64,000 nucleotides of DNA from a virus. The translations under genes and the position numbers were made by a program. The notes beneath the pieces are model-generated. The model was not told the origin of the DNA and searched no databases. It worked only from the letters and a program-made list of their open reading frames with translations. The DNA is taken from positions 1 to 64,000 of the IMG/VR virus record IMGVR_UViG_3300023109_003600. The stretch is one strand, 5' to 3'. Below, piece by piece: positions 38,640 through 48,676 of this stretch (its first letter is position 1; every line of letters starts with the position of its first letter).

Positions 38640-38900
38640 ATGGATCTAGTCGAATTAAATAATAGAATACATTCTGCAACAAAATCAGAGTTACAATCTA
38701 ATTTATCTACATGGATAAGTAATATAAAAAGCATTCTTTCAGCAAATCGAACTGAAGACGAGCTTTATTATAAAAATCATACGGGCAGAGAATTATTTAG
38801 CAAGTTGTATAATTTCGGAATGACTTCTGAATTAACTACAATTAACGATACCTATGACGTAGGCTTTAGACCCACAACCGTAACAGGAATTAAAGTTTAA
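38640..38900 (+). CDS. Hypothetical protein between nrdA and nrdB
   Basis: 86 aa ORF; GTGTA 10 nt upstream. Confidence 0.65.
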   Translation: MDLVELNNRIHSATKSELQSNLSTWISNIKSILSANRTEDELYYKNHTGRELFSKLYNFGMTSELTTINDTYDVGFRPTTVTGIKV

Positions 38901-38952
38901 TTTTTTTTCTTGTTATTGGTCTTTAATCGTGTTATAATCGTTATATATTAAT

Positions 38953-39966
38953 ATGAAAGAAAAAACTGGTGAAATTTTAGGTAAAGAACTTGGAGGCGTT
39001 AATCAAATACTTCCCCACAAACATAAGTATGTATGGGATTTATTTTTAAAAAGCTGTGCAAACAACTGGATGCCTACAGAAATATCTATGCAAAACGATA
39101 TTAAACAATGGAAAAATAATGAAATTACAGATGATGAAAAACTACTTGTTAAACGCTGTCTCGGATTTTTTGCTGGATCTGAGTCTCTGGTTGGCAATAA
39201 TCTTTTTACTGTGGCCGCTAGATTTATTACTGACCCTGAGTGCGGTCAGTACATCATGCGTCAAGGCTTTGAGGAAAGCCTTCACAACCACACGATAGTT
39301 TATATATGTGATAGCTTAGATCTAGACGTTAAAGAGGTTTACGAAGCTTATCAAAATATTGAAAGCATAAAAGCCAAGGATGATTTCTTAATGAATATTA
39401 CGACGGACGTTAATAGACAAGGCTTTAATCATGCAACAAAAGAGGGCAAGCAAGAGCTACTAAGAAATTTTTTAACCTACTGGATTGTATGCGAAGGAAC
39501 CTTTTTCTTTAGTGGTTTTGCTATGCTTCTAGCATTAGGTCGCCAAAATAAACTTCAAGGCATTTCAGATCAAATAAAATATACATTAAGAGACGAAACA
39601 AATCATATAGCTTTTGGAACATATGTTATTAAGAAAATCATCGAACAAGATCCTTCTATATGGACTCAAAAAATGCAAGACGAGTTCGTTGAACATATTA
39701 AAAAAGCAGTAGAGCTAGAAATTGCCTATGCGCACGACGTTCTTCCTACTGGAATACTTGGATTAAATGCTGACATGTTTGTAGACTATATGCACTTTAT
39801 CGGCAATAGAAGGCTAGAATCAATTGGTTTAGATTTTAGGTTCCCAAGCGACAATAATCCATTTCCTTGGCTCGGAGAAGTAGTAGACGTTCAAGCAATG
39901 GGTAATTTTTTCGAGAGAAGAGTTAGAGAATATCAGCAGAGCGGATCTTTAGAAGACGACTTTTAA
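38953..39966 (+). CDS. nrdB: Ribonucleotide reductase beta subunit, class Ic (R2c)-type
   Basis: W.P.EI, FFAGSESLVGNN (Glu77 first ligand), EESLHNHTI (Ile at radical-Tyr site), EG..FFSGF, RDETNH, NFFERRV.EYQ; TTGTTA-N17-TATAAT upstream. Confidence 0.95.
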   Translation: MKEKTGEILGKELGGVNQILPHKHKYVWDLFLKSCANNWMPTEISMQNDIKQWKNNEITDDEKLLVKRCLGFFAGSESLVGNNLFTVAARFITDPECGQYIMRQGFEESLHNHTIVYICDSLDLDVKEVYEAYQNIESIKAKDDFLMNITTDVNRQGFNHATKEGKQELLRNFLTYWIVCEGTFFFSGFAMLLALGRQNKLQGISDQIKYTLRDETNHIAFGTYVIKKIIEQDPSIWTQKMQDEFVEHIKKAVELEIAYAHDVLPTGILGLNADMFVDYMHFIGNRRLESIGLDFRFPSDNNPFPWLGEVVDVQAMGNFFERRVREYQQSGSLEDDF

Positions 39967-40376
39967 TGAGCGCTGCGGGGGTAGTTCTAATTTCTGACAA
40001 TTTAGTTCTGTTATGTAAGAGAATTTATTTCTGGGAAGGAATAAAAGTAAGTTACGGAGGTTACTGGTCTCCTTTCGCGGGATCAATAGAAGTTGGAGAA
40101 AGTCCAGAAGAAACAGCTAGAAGAGAACTAATTGAAGAATCTGGAATCGAATTACCCATAGAAATGTTTAAATTCAAAAAAGTTATTAACACAGATATTG
40201 AGTTTCATCTTTTTGTTATTGAATTAAACTCAATCCCACAAGTTAATCTATGCCAAGAACATACAGAACAAGGAATATTTAAAATAGAATTATTACACAC
40301 TTTAGAACCTGTAGATAGACAAGTAATACAAACAATTAAAGAATTTAAAAATAGAAATTTACAAGCGCTAGTCTAG
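39966..40376 (+). CDS. NUDIX hydrolase
   Basis: GSIEVGESPEETARRELIEESG Nudix box. Confidence 0.92.
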   Translation: MSAAGVVLISDNLVLLCKRIYFWEGIKVSYGGYWSPFAGSIEVGESPEETARRELIEESGIELPIEMFKFKKVINTDIEFHLFVIELNSIPQVNLCQEHTEQGIFKIELLHTLEPVDRQVIQTIKEFKNRNLQALV

Positions 40377-40395
40377 AATATACTTTATTTTTATT

Positions 40396-41046
40396 ATGAA
40401 AACAAAAATCACTATACTTACGGCCTTTTTGGCCTTGATTTCTAACGTATGCCTGTTTGGAGCAGGAGCAGCTTCTCTGGGTTACTCCTCGGATTATGTA
40501 CGAAGAGGAGCTCTTGTTTCAGCAGAAGCTCTTCAAGCGTCTGCAGGTTATTCGGCAAGTGTTTCTGGTCTTGAGTTAAGCGGGTCCGTTTTCTCTAATC
40601 AGCCAACTGGCGTGGAAGAGGATACATATCTCATCAAAGGAGGCGCAGGAGTACAATTAGGAGAACTTCTTAACCTGTACGTCGGACTTGAGCATTTTGA
40701 AGCTCTTAATGGAGACGCAGATTTAGACGTAGCTGTAGAAGCTGGATTTAGCTCTGTTTTAAATCCTAACCTATACATTGCAAGAGATACTGACGACGAC
40801 CTTTATACTTTTGAAGGTTCCGTATCTCACGATGTCACCCTGCAAGACCTTACCGTGAGCCTTGGAGCTTTATATGGCTATACAGACCTGACAGAAACAA
40901 CGGATGAGACTTACTATGTTCTTAGCGCAGGAACATCTGTTAGCATTTCTGAATCAGCAGATATTGAGTTAACATATGACTATGTTGATTCTGATTTATC
41001 TCTTGAAGATAATGTATTTGGAATCGCTCTTAACGTAAACTTTTAA
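40396..41046 (+). CDS. Outer-membrane beta-barrel / putative porin (Gcw_chp/TorF-like)
   Basis: Signal peptide, SDYVRRG motif, alternating beta strands, C-terminal Phe (GIALNVNF). Confidence 0.75.
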   Translation: MKTKITILTAFLALISNVCLFGAGAASLGYSSDYVRRGALVSAEALQASAGYSASVSGLELSGSVFSNQPTGVEEDTYLIKGGAGVQLGELLNLYVGLEHFEALNGDADLDVAVEAGFSSVLNPNLYIARDTDDDLYTFEGSVSHDVTLQDLTVSLGALYGYTDLTETTDETYYVLSAGTSVSISESADIELTYDYVDSDLSLEDNVFGIALNVNF

Positions 41047-41064
41047 TTACTAATTAATAATATT

Positions 41065-41307
41065 ATGGAAAACATCATCAAAACACTCAAGACTGCAATT
41101 AGTGGTCTTTTCGGATTACTAGTATCAATCGTAGGCTTGCTTATTGTAGCTCAAGTCGTCTTCGGAGAAGCTGCAGGAATGAACGTCATCGGAAACCTAC
41201 AGGCAATTGTCTCTGGTTTTGTCGGTCCAGGAGCTAGCCTCGCTGGATTAGTTACCCTCTTATTAATTGTAGGGTTACTAAACAACAACTGTTGTAAAAA
41301 AGATTAA
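41065..41307 (+). CDS. Small two-helix membrane protein
   Basis: 80 aa with two long hydrophobic segments. Confidence 0.75.
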   Translation: MENIIKTLKTAISGLFGLLVSIVGLLIVAQVVFGEAAGMNVIGNLQAIVSGFVGPGASLAGLVTLLLIVGLLNNNCCKKD

Positions 41308-41322
41308 TTAAAATTTAATCAT

Positions 41323-41349
41323 AAAAAGCCGCCATTTGGCGGCTTTTTT
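41323..41349 (+). terminator. Intrinsic terminator (potentially bidirectional)
   Basis: AAAAAGCCGCC-ATTT-GGCGGCTTTTTT. Confidence 0.88.
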
Positions 41350-41366
41350 GTGTAAACATATAAGAT

Positions 41367-42185
41367 ATGGAATTAGATTTCTCACAACAGATTAAATATA
41401 TGGAATGTTACGCCTGCGAAACCGAGGGTTCAGAGGAAGTAATAACCATGGAGGCGTGGGCAGAAGAAAAAAACAAAGGTAAGTCACTAAATAAACCTTT
41501 TAGAACTTCTGGGGGACCAAAAAAGTTTTCGGTTTACGTTAAAAACGAAAAAGGTAACGTAGTCAAGGTAAACTTCGGAGACCCTAATATGTCTATAAAG
41601 CGAGACAATCCAGCAAGAAAAAAATCCTTTAGAGCTAGGCATAATTGCAGCAATCCTGGGCCAAAATGGAAGGCTAGATATTGGAGCTGCAGGATGTGGT
41701 CAGGAAAAAGCGTTAACAAGATTACAAAAGGTTCCGACATGACGGATGATGAAGTTATTACGTTCTTAGATGAATCAGAAGCAGAACTCTCAGAAAAGCA
41801 AAAAAAATTGCCACCCGCAATACAAAAAAAGATCCTAAAAAACCAAGGCAAAAACAAAAAACCCGACAACAAGAAAGAGTCAGGTAAAAAATCTGAAGAA
41901 AAAAAAGAAGAATCAGAAGCTAAGCGCGGACTATGGGATAATATAAGAGATAAGAAAAAAAGAATGGGTAAAAAATATAAAGCAGCAAAACCAGGAGATA
42001 AAGACAGGCCAGATTCTAAATCCTGGAAAAAAGCTCAAGAGAAAAAAGAAGAATCAAAAGCGGAAGAAGGATTCAAAGAGTGTAAAATGTATAATAAAGA
42101 GGGAAAAGCTTATACAGCCAAGACAAAGGCTGAGCACGATAAGATGAAAAAAATGGGGTATACAAAATCTAAACAATATAAATAA
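41367..42185 (+). CDS. Basic phage protein (DUF6321-like domain plus Lys-rich modules)
   Basis: KPFRT.GGPKKF.VYV...VNFGDPNM.IKRD.P.RKKSFRARH.C...ARYWSC..W; GLWDNIR.K; GTGTA 12 nt upstream. Confidence 0.7.
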   Translation: MELDFSQQIKYMECYACETEGSEEVITMEAWAEEKNKGKSLNKPFRTSGGPKKFSVYVKNEKGNVVKVNFGDPNMSIKRDNPARKKSFRARHNCSNPGPKWKARYWSCRMWSGKSVNKITKGSDMTDDEVITFLDESEAELSEKQKKLPPAIQKKILKNQGKNKKPDNKKESGKKSEEKKEESEAKRGLWDNIRDKKKRMGKKYKAAKPGDKDRPDSKSWKKAQEKKEESKAEEGFKECKMYNKEGKAYTAKTKAEHDKMKKMGYTKSKQYK

Positions 42186-42210
42186 CATTTAACAATAAAC
42201 CATAAAAACT

Positions 42211-42639
42211 ATGCCAAGTATTTACGATATTACAGGACTATTTCCAGGGCCAAACGGAGTTGGAACTACAGAAATCAATTCTCACCCAGCAACATTTATT
42301 AGTGGCTCAAGTAGTATTACTTTAGGCTCTAACGAATCAGGAATTTATATTCCTTTAGCAAATTTCACACATTCCCCAGAAGCCCTAAATCCATTAGAAG
42401 ATAATTATGATGTCAGATACTTGATATGGAATCTAGTAGAGCGATGCTCTGACTATATCGGATTCGAACAGCCAGAATTTAGATCTATTTCGGTAGCAGA
42501 GACAAATTTATTTACATTTCAAGGAGTAGCTGGAGATTTAAGAAGAAAAGATTATACAGTATCTTTATGGTTTAGACCCTTACAACAACTAGAATTAGAG
42601 CAAAATCTCGAATGGGATATTGGAAAAACCTACGAGTAA
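42211..42639 (+). CDS. Hypothetical protein, paralog of 62758..63144 (possible structural)
   Basis: GIYIPLA / DVRYLIWNLVE / RRKDYTVSLWF align with GIFLPLS / DHRKVAWGILE / SRRTYTISFQY. Confidence 0.65.
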   Translation: MPSIYDITGLFPGPNGVGTTEINSHPATFISGSSSITLGSNESGIYIPLANFTHSPEALNPLEDNYDVRYLIWNLVERCSDYIGFEQPEFRSISVAETNLFTFQGVAGDLRRKDYTVSLWFRPLQQLELEQNLEWDIGKTYE

Positions 42640-42961
42640 AATTGCCAAGTTGATTATAGATGCTTACCTAAGTGAGCCCCCTAGCAAAATCTATTGCTTT
42701 AGAGACTTAACATTGTATGCAAAATGCTTTGTATTTGAAAGTGTTCTATTAAAATGCAACAAAGGAACAAGAACTTTTTATAGAGACTGGTTGAAAAACT
42801 ATGGAGCATATGATTTCATAGACGATCTAATTTTATTAGAAGAAAAGGAATACGGATTTACGATAGGCAATCAAGGATGCAATATTAATACGAAAAGTAT
42901 AGACTATAATAATTTATCGTGCTTAATTTCTTCAATCAAGAATTGTAAAAATAAATTTTAA
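42620..42961 (+). CDS. Hypothetical protein
   Basis: 113 aa ORF with TTG start filling the gap; start uncertain. Confidence 0.5.
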   Translation: MEKPTSKIAKLIIDAYLSEPPSKIYCFRDLTLYAKCFVFESVLLKCNKGTRTFYRDWLKNYGAYDFIDDLILLEEKEYGFTIGNQGCNINTKSIDYNNLSCLISSIKNCKNKF

Positions 42962-42975
42962 CACATATAATATAT

Positions 42976-45426
42976 GTGAACCATACAAAACAATTAGCTG
43001 TATTCGATCCCTGTACCGACTTTGAACATAAGAATGGAGATTTGCACAAGCTCCTAGAAAGCTACTTATCAATAGTTCCCTCTCAAGATTTTAAATTTGA
43101 CTGGTTTTTCTGTTTCAACAAGGGTCCAATTGAAAATTATGAAGATTTATTAATTTATGAATCTCACCCAAATATAAATAAAATTTACTTAATTGATGAA
43201 AAAATACCCGAAGAGGAAGATGTATATATACGTCAACACTTAATTAAATTTGAAAAAGGTTCAATAAAATATAAAGAATCAGAAAAACCAGAAAACCTAC
43301 CTATACTCGGAGGTGCTTCTGGGCCAAATTTAGGTTTCTACAGAGCAATAGATTTAATCTTTAACAATCATGATCACGAGTTCTTTTTTATGGTTGAGCA
43401 CGACAGTCATCCAATAAAAAAACATTGGTTTGACTACATGATTGAATACATTAATAAAGAAAAATTTTTAATAGCTGGAAGTAAATATAAAGGGCACCAG
43501 CCATGGCACTACGTATTAAATTACAAAGACCACCTAAATGGAATTGCAATTTATAAAAACGATAAAATGCTAATAGACTTCGTTAAAGAGTGCGAGAATT
43601 ATAACGAAAGATCAATAGATGAAAAAAATTGGTGCATAAATTTTGACATACTTTTGAGCGAATTTTCTAAAACAAACCAAGGAAAGAACATTATTAAACA
43701 TGATTCTCCTTTTTTGAATACTGATTTCATTACAAACATTAGTGACCCAAATGATTACCACATATCCCACGAAGACCTATTGAGGCATCATCCCAACACA
43801 ATTATAATTCATCAAAAAGAATATAAAGAACTAGAGTCATTCAGAGAAAGGTACCAAGCTGGAGAATTTAATTATCTTACTGATAAAAAAAGAATGGACA
43901 AATCTTGTATGTTCCTATTAAGACAACCAAGAACTGCAGGAAATTGGCTCATTAAATCTATTACATCAACACTATCAATAGAAAACAACCCAATAAACCT
44001 TGAGTACCCTATACCTTACTGCTTAAAAATAAAACTCCCTCAAGAAGAAGAAGGATCTTTTATAACTTGCGACTTTTTCTTTTTGTCTAAAAAATTAATT
44101 AAAAACTTTAAGAGAGGGTTTAAAAAAACAAAAGCAACCATAGAAGCAAAAGATTTTAAAACTGTATATAAAGATATTAAGCATTTCATCAGGCCAATAT
44201 TGATTAGTAACGACCCATTTGACTACAATAGTAACGCAAGATCAATCTTAAGTTACTTTAATGATTTTGATTACAACTTAGATTGCTATACTGTTTTAAG
44301 GAATCCATTCGACAAGACAAAATCTCTATATACAGAAAACTTAAAATCTGGAACGAATTCAAAAGATTCATTTATAGATTTCTTAAACTCCAACAAGATT
44401 CCAGACAGTTTCATAATTCGCTCTCTAACAAACCTAAAGCTATCAGAAGAGGTGGAGTTTTTTCACTATGAAGAAGCTTTACAAATCTTGAAACAGTTTG
44501 ATGTTTTCGACTTATCTCAAGCAAACGATATGTTGATACATAGTTTTAATAAAACCTTTAATTTAGATTACGAAACAAGAGACTTTCATATAGATAATTC
44601 TTACGCATTAAACTCTCAGCATTTAGTTACGCTACAAGAGGAAGATTTAAAAAATTACAAATACAAATTAAACAATTCGATCAATATGTTAGAATTCATT
44701 AAAGGAAGAACCTTCTTTGACCAATTAACTTATGATAGTTTAATAAAACAAACAGAAGATATAAGCTTTTTTTATAAAAACAAGTCGGTTAAAAACAATT
44801 TGTTTGATTTTGAACTTGCAAAAAGAGACCTAACTATTGCAACATTTATTCCTGCTCACAATCAAAGCAAAAAGCTTTTAGATGATTGGCGGACTTCTTG
44901 GCTGGCAAAAGGATTCAAAATATCAATAGGTTCGGAAGAAGAAATAAAGAATTCACAACTTTTATCAACTATTAAACATAATTTTCTCGAAGAGCTTTGT
45001 GCTGGCAGGGAAATCTTAGGCGAAGAACTAGAATCATTCAAAAAGCTTGTATTTATTGCAGAGCTAAACACCAAAGAACCTTTATATTTTTCAGATATTT
45101 ACCTTCTCAATAAATCCTTTGAACTGTGGGAGCCAGATTCTATTTTTCACCTAATGAATAAATCTTTATTTTCTTTTTTTAGCTCAAACTCTAGCCAAGC
45201 TCGAAATCTTATAGAGCTTTTATTAACTAAGAAGCATAAAATAAAAAATCTAACAGCATCAAATAAAAATTTTATGTTTACATTAAGCAACGTATGCAAT
45301 ATTTTAATTGACGACTTAAGAATTACAAGTTGGATAAGAACTACAGACCTTGATACCTTAAATCTTAATTTTATAAACGATGTAAGATCGACCCTCAATC
45401 AAGCGGACCACCAAATTGATAATTAA
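42976..45426 (+). CDS. Multidomain protein: GT-A-like domain + sulfotransferase domain + further GT-like domain
   Basis: SGPN..F, EHD, IAGSKYKG, HLNGIAIY; LRQPRTAG (5'-PSB-like) and LRNPFDKTKSLY (3'-PB-like); C-terminal WRTSW...GF...SD. Confidence 0.7.
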   Translation: MNHTKQLAVFDPCTDFEHKNGDLHKLLESYLSIVPSQDFKFDWFFCFNKGPIENYEDLLIYESHPNINKIYLIDEKIPEEEDVYIRQHLIKFEKGSIKYKESEKPENLPILGGASGPNLGFYRAIDLIFNNHDHEFFFMVEHDSHPIKKHWFDYMIEYINKEKFLIAGSKYKGHQPWHYVLNYKDHLNGIAIYKNDKMLIDFVKECENYNERSIDEKNWCINFDILLSEFSKTNQGKNIIKHDSPFLNTDFITNISDPNDYHISHEDLLRHHPNTIIIHQKEYKELESFRERYQAGEFNYLTDKKRMDKSCMFLLRQPRTAGNWLIKSITSTLSIENNPINLEYPIPYCLKIKLPQEEEGSFITCDFFFLSKKLIKNFKRGFKKTKATIEAKDFKTVYKDIKHFIRPILISNDPFDYNSNARSILSYFNDFDYNLDCYTVLRNPFDKTKSLYTENLKSGTNSKDSFIDFLNSNKIPDSFIIRSLTNLKLSEEVEFFHYEEALQILKQFDVFDLSQANDMLIHSFNKTFNLDYETRDFHIDNSYALNSQHLVTLQEEDLKNYKYKLNNSINMLEFIKGRTFFDQLTYDSLIKQTEDISFFYKNKSVKNNLFDFELAKRDLTIATFIPAHNQSKKLLDDWRTSWLAKGFKISIGSEEEIKNSQLLSTIKHNFLEELCAGREILGEELESFKKLVFIAELNTKEPLYFSDIYLLNKSFELWEPDSIFHLMNKSLFSFFSSNSSQARNLIELLLTKKHKIKNLTASNKNFMFTLSNVCNILIDDLRITSWIRTTDLDTLNLNFINDVRSTLNQADHQIDN

Positions 45427-46099
45427 ACATACGAATGTCTTGCTGGAATTTATCTTCTACAATTTCCTTAGTCTGCTTATCGTAATATAACCAATAAGGT
45501 TTCAATATCTTTTGTTTTATTTTTTGAGTTTGATTAACTGTAGGTATTTTATAATCCTGATCAATTTCAAGTATACGAAAAACCTTTTTAAGATCTTCTT
45601 CAAAATTTTCAAACCGACCAAGAAAATCTACAGATATTTTTTTTTGGGAGTTGCAGACAAACTGCCATTGAGGGGCAACATGATTCCTCCAACTGCACTT
45701 GAAATTTTTCAATATATACTCGTTAAAAGTTCTAGGAATTCTTCTTATATTTCCCCTACAACCGCAGCCACTATTTTTTTTAACATATAGATATTCACTA
45801 ACCATTCTATCCCACGGATTTCTCACGAATGCGAATTTAAAGTAAGAGCTTAAGTCAGCAATATTTCTATAGGAAGCGATCTCATTAAGGGTAAAATGCT
45901 GAGTCCATTTTTTGTCAAGGCTGTGAATTTTTTCTCTTTCTTTTTTTAAATCAAAGTTCTCATCATTAAAATCTTCAAAATAATTACCCAGCAATACATT
46001 TTCTACAGAACCTCCCCCTGTCTTAGGAACATGAATAAAAATTACATTTTTTTTGTTTAAATTATTGAGTATCACTTTGAAAATATTTGCCCAAGTCAT
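45395..46099 (-). CDS. Sulfotransferase family 2 (carbohydrate sulfotransferase-like)
   Basis: IFIHVPKTGGGS, FAFVRNPWDRMVSEY, H..PQ, DFLGRFENFEED, DI..FNY.F. Confidence 0.92.
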   Translation of the reverse strand: MTWANIFKVILNNLNKKNVIFIHVPKTGGGSVENVLLGNYFEDFNDENFDLKKEREKIHSLDKKWTQHFTLNEIASYRNIADLSSYFKFAFVRNPWDRMVSEYLYVKKNSGCGCRGNIRRIPRTFNEYILKNFKCSWRNHVAPQWQFVCNSQKKISVDFLGRFENFEEDLKKVFRILEIDQDYKIPTVNQTQKIKQKILKPYWLYYDKQTKEIVEDKFQQDIRMFNYQFGGPLD

Positions 46100-46110
46100 A
46101 TTATAGCATA

Positions 46111-47784
46111 ATGATTAAAAATCTAATTACAGTGGTTTGCGCAACAAGCCCTCATAGATTTAATGAAAATAATTCTATGATTTTATTTAATTACTCTGTA
46201 ATAAAAACGTCTCAATTCAAAGACTGCAGGTTCATTATATGTGCAGATGGAATTAACCCTAAATCAGACTTCAATTTAGACCATAAAAAGTCTTGGTACT
46301 ATGAGTACCTAGATTCCCTGGACGATGATCTACCAGAAGCAGAGATAATAAAATCAGATAATCATATAGGTCTAACAAAAAACTATCTACAAGCGTGGGA
46401 TAACAAAAAGGTTACGACACCATTTGTTCTATTAATCAATCATGATACTGTTTTTACAGATAAAATATTAAATATAAATATCCTAGATTTGCTTAAAAAT
46501 TTCCCAAACTTCGTAAACATTTTAATGTTTCCAAGGTTAACTAAAGACGATATGAATACTGAATGGTGGAGAAACATACCAATTCAGAGCCACAAAGATT
46601 ATAAAAGCGGTAGCTCTTGGGACGAATGTAGAATTTCTTTTGGGAATCAAGATAATTGCTGTATCACTAAAACTGATAAGTTTCAAAGTTTAGTTAATGA
46701 TTTCTATCAGCCAGAAATTACTCACTTCCTGGAAGACTCCATTCAGGCTGAATTGTTAAAAATTTCAGAGAACGATATTAAGTCTTGGGAAAAATTTGGA
46801 GGTTGTATCTTTCCCTGTAGAAACAATATTCATCTAGATGGACAAAGCAAAGCTGGCCCATGGAGACAAGAAAATTGTAGAGGAGGAGAAAATGTTTGGT
46901 CTGACGGAAAATTCAGACAACAAGACGAAAAACTTTTTCAAGACTTATTTAAAATAAACAAAAACCTACAATCAATATATCACAGTTTTTTAAAAAATTT
47001 ATTGCAAGATTATAAAGAAAAATGCATGGAAGAATTCAGAGGTTTAATCTCTACGGCTTCTCACATATTAGACCTTAGAAACTTTTTATACAAAGACTTG
47101 TCTGTAAACGAGCATGCGAACGCCTCAAGAGGGCTATTGCCATTACAGGAATCCGAATTACTATTTCATTTAAAAACTCAACCATTTAAGTCTGAGATTT
47201 TCTGGGAAGATAATAGAGAAGGTAAAGTGGATAACTCAAATCTCATATTAAAAATCACAGCAAACCCCAACACTAAAGAAGAAAGAATAATTCAAAATGG
47301 GGGGCACCCAAAAGGTTCTTGCGAGATTAATATGGAAAACCTAGGTATACAACCAACAGATTTATTAAAAATTAACATCCTTGAATTCTCTGGAAGAAAC
47401 CCAACCCAATCACCTGACATATTTGAAAATGAATTTAATCTGTCTTTTTGCGAGTTTACTAAAGATAAAATATTATTATCTGCAGGAGCATTAGAGAAAG
47501 AAAATGAGGAGGTAACACTAAATGTTAAAAAAAATAACGGATCAAACATTAACTATGAAAAAGTTAACGGAATTTACGAGATTAAATTATCAGAACTCAA
47601 AGATTGTTCAAGTATTATAGGGTTCTTTTGCACAAAAGACGCAAATGAAAATTATAAAACATCTTGGACTTTTGAGTGCGAGCCTTTTTCAGGAAACCCA
47701 AAATATTTAAACAACCTAAGGAATGCATACGATTCTTTTGTAAATTATTCCTTCGAAGATATTAAAGATGAATCATCAAAATAA
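46111..47784 (+). CDS. GT-A-like protein with unknown C-terminal domains
   Basis: ITVVCATSP, IICADG, TPFVLLINHD, HLDG; ATG 46111 preferred over TTG 46087. Confidence 0.55.
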   Translation: MIKNLITVVCATSPHRFNENNSMILFNYSVIKTSQFKDCRFIICADGINPKSDFNLDHKKSWYYEYLDSLDDDLPEAEIIKSDNHIGLTKNYLQAWDNKKVTTPFVLLINHDTVFTDKILNINILDLLKNFPNFVNILMFPRLTKDDMNTEWWRNIPIQSHKDYKSGSSWDECRISFGNQDNCCITKTDKFQSLVNDFYQPEITHFLEDSIQAELLKISENDIKSWEKFGGCIFPCRNNIHLDGQSKAGPWRQENCRGGENVWSDGKFRQQDEKLFQDLFKINKNLQSIYHSFLKNLLQDYKEKCMEEFRGLISTASHILDLRNFLYKDLSVNEHANASRGLLPLQESELLFHLKTQPFKSEIFWEDNREGKVDNSNLILKITANPNTKEERIIQNGGHPKGSCEINMENLGIQPTDLLKINILEFSGRNPTQSPDIFENEFNLSFCEFTKDKILLSAGALEKENEEVTLNVKKNNGSNINYEKVNGIYEIKLSELKDCSSIIGFFCTKDANENYKTSWTFECEPFSGNPKYLNNLRNAYDSFVNYSFEDIKDESSK

Positions 47785-48676
47785 CTTTGCGCTAGTTTAC
47801 TTAGTAACACACAAAGAATATACAAGTGGTCGTATATCAGAATCTATTCAAAAACTCTTCTTAGAAAAAAAACCTAGTAGAGATAGCAGTTTTACTATAT
47901 ATTTTATTTTTAATAATTTTTTTCATTTCGACACGTCTGAATTATCAGAGCTAGTACCAAAAGATATTTCTCACAAGATAAGGTTTCATTTTTTAAAAAT
48001 AGACAGCAAAGATGACGGATACTCCAGCAGGGGGAAATCAGAAGCGATTAGTAATTTAGGATTAAGCGCAGGACCTAACGCCTTATTTTTTGGAGCTGTA
48101 AATTTCATGAAGAAACTTCCACATGATTATTTTTTAATTCTAGAAACAGATGTTTTGCCACTTAAGAAATATTGGTTAGATGGATTGGTTTCATTCTCAA
48201 AATCGAATAACTTCTTAATAGCGGGCAGTACATACAAAGGTTTAAATCTTTATTGCTCAGAAACGAAGTGGGAACACATTAATGGAGTAGCAATATATCA
48301 AAACAATAAATTACTTCACAATCTAATAAAGTCTGTAAAAATTTATCTAATTAAAAAAATTGCAGAAAAAAGAATGCGAGCAAATAATATGGGAGAAAAG
48401 TCATGGAGTTTAGTCAATAAACCTAGCCAGGTTCAAGACTGGTTTAAAAAGCAAAATAATAATAAAAAAAGAAACTCTCTAATTATGAATTATGATGTAG
48501 CAATCTACAAGTATTGCAAAGAAATAGGTCCAGACCTCTTCTCGCTACAGAATACAAAAAACAAAATCATAGATACCGATCTAGTTTTAGATCTATCATT
48601 ATCAGTAGATAAAAAAACTTCTATCTCGGATGTCAAAAAAAGATTTCCTAAAGGTTTAATATGTCACAAAAAATAA
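47768..48676 (+). CDS. GT-A-like protein paralogous to N-terminal domain of 42976..45426
   Basis: SAGPNALFF, ETD, IAGSTYKG, HINGVAIY, NYDVAI. Confidence 0.65.
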   Translation: MNHQNNFALVYLVTHKEYTSGRISESIQKLFLEKKPSRDSSFTIYFIFNNFFHFDTSELSELVPKDISHKIRFHFLKIDSKDDGYSSRGKSEAISNLGLSAGPNALFFGAVNFMKKLPHDYFLILETDVLPLKKYWLDGLVSFSKSNNFLIAGSTYKGLNLYCSETKWEHINGVAIYQNNKLLHNLIKSVKIYLIKKIAEKRMRANNMGEKSWSLVNKPSQVQDWFKKQNNNKKRNSLIMNYDVAIYKYCKEIGPDLFSLQNTKNKIIDTDLVLDLSLSVDKKTSISDVKKRFPKGLICHKK

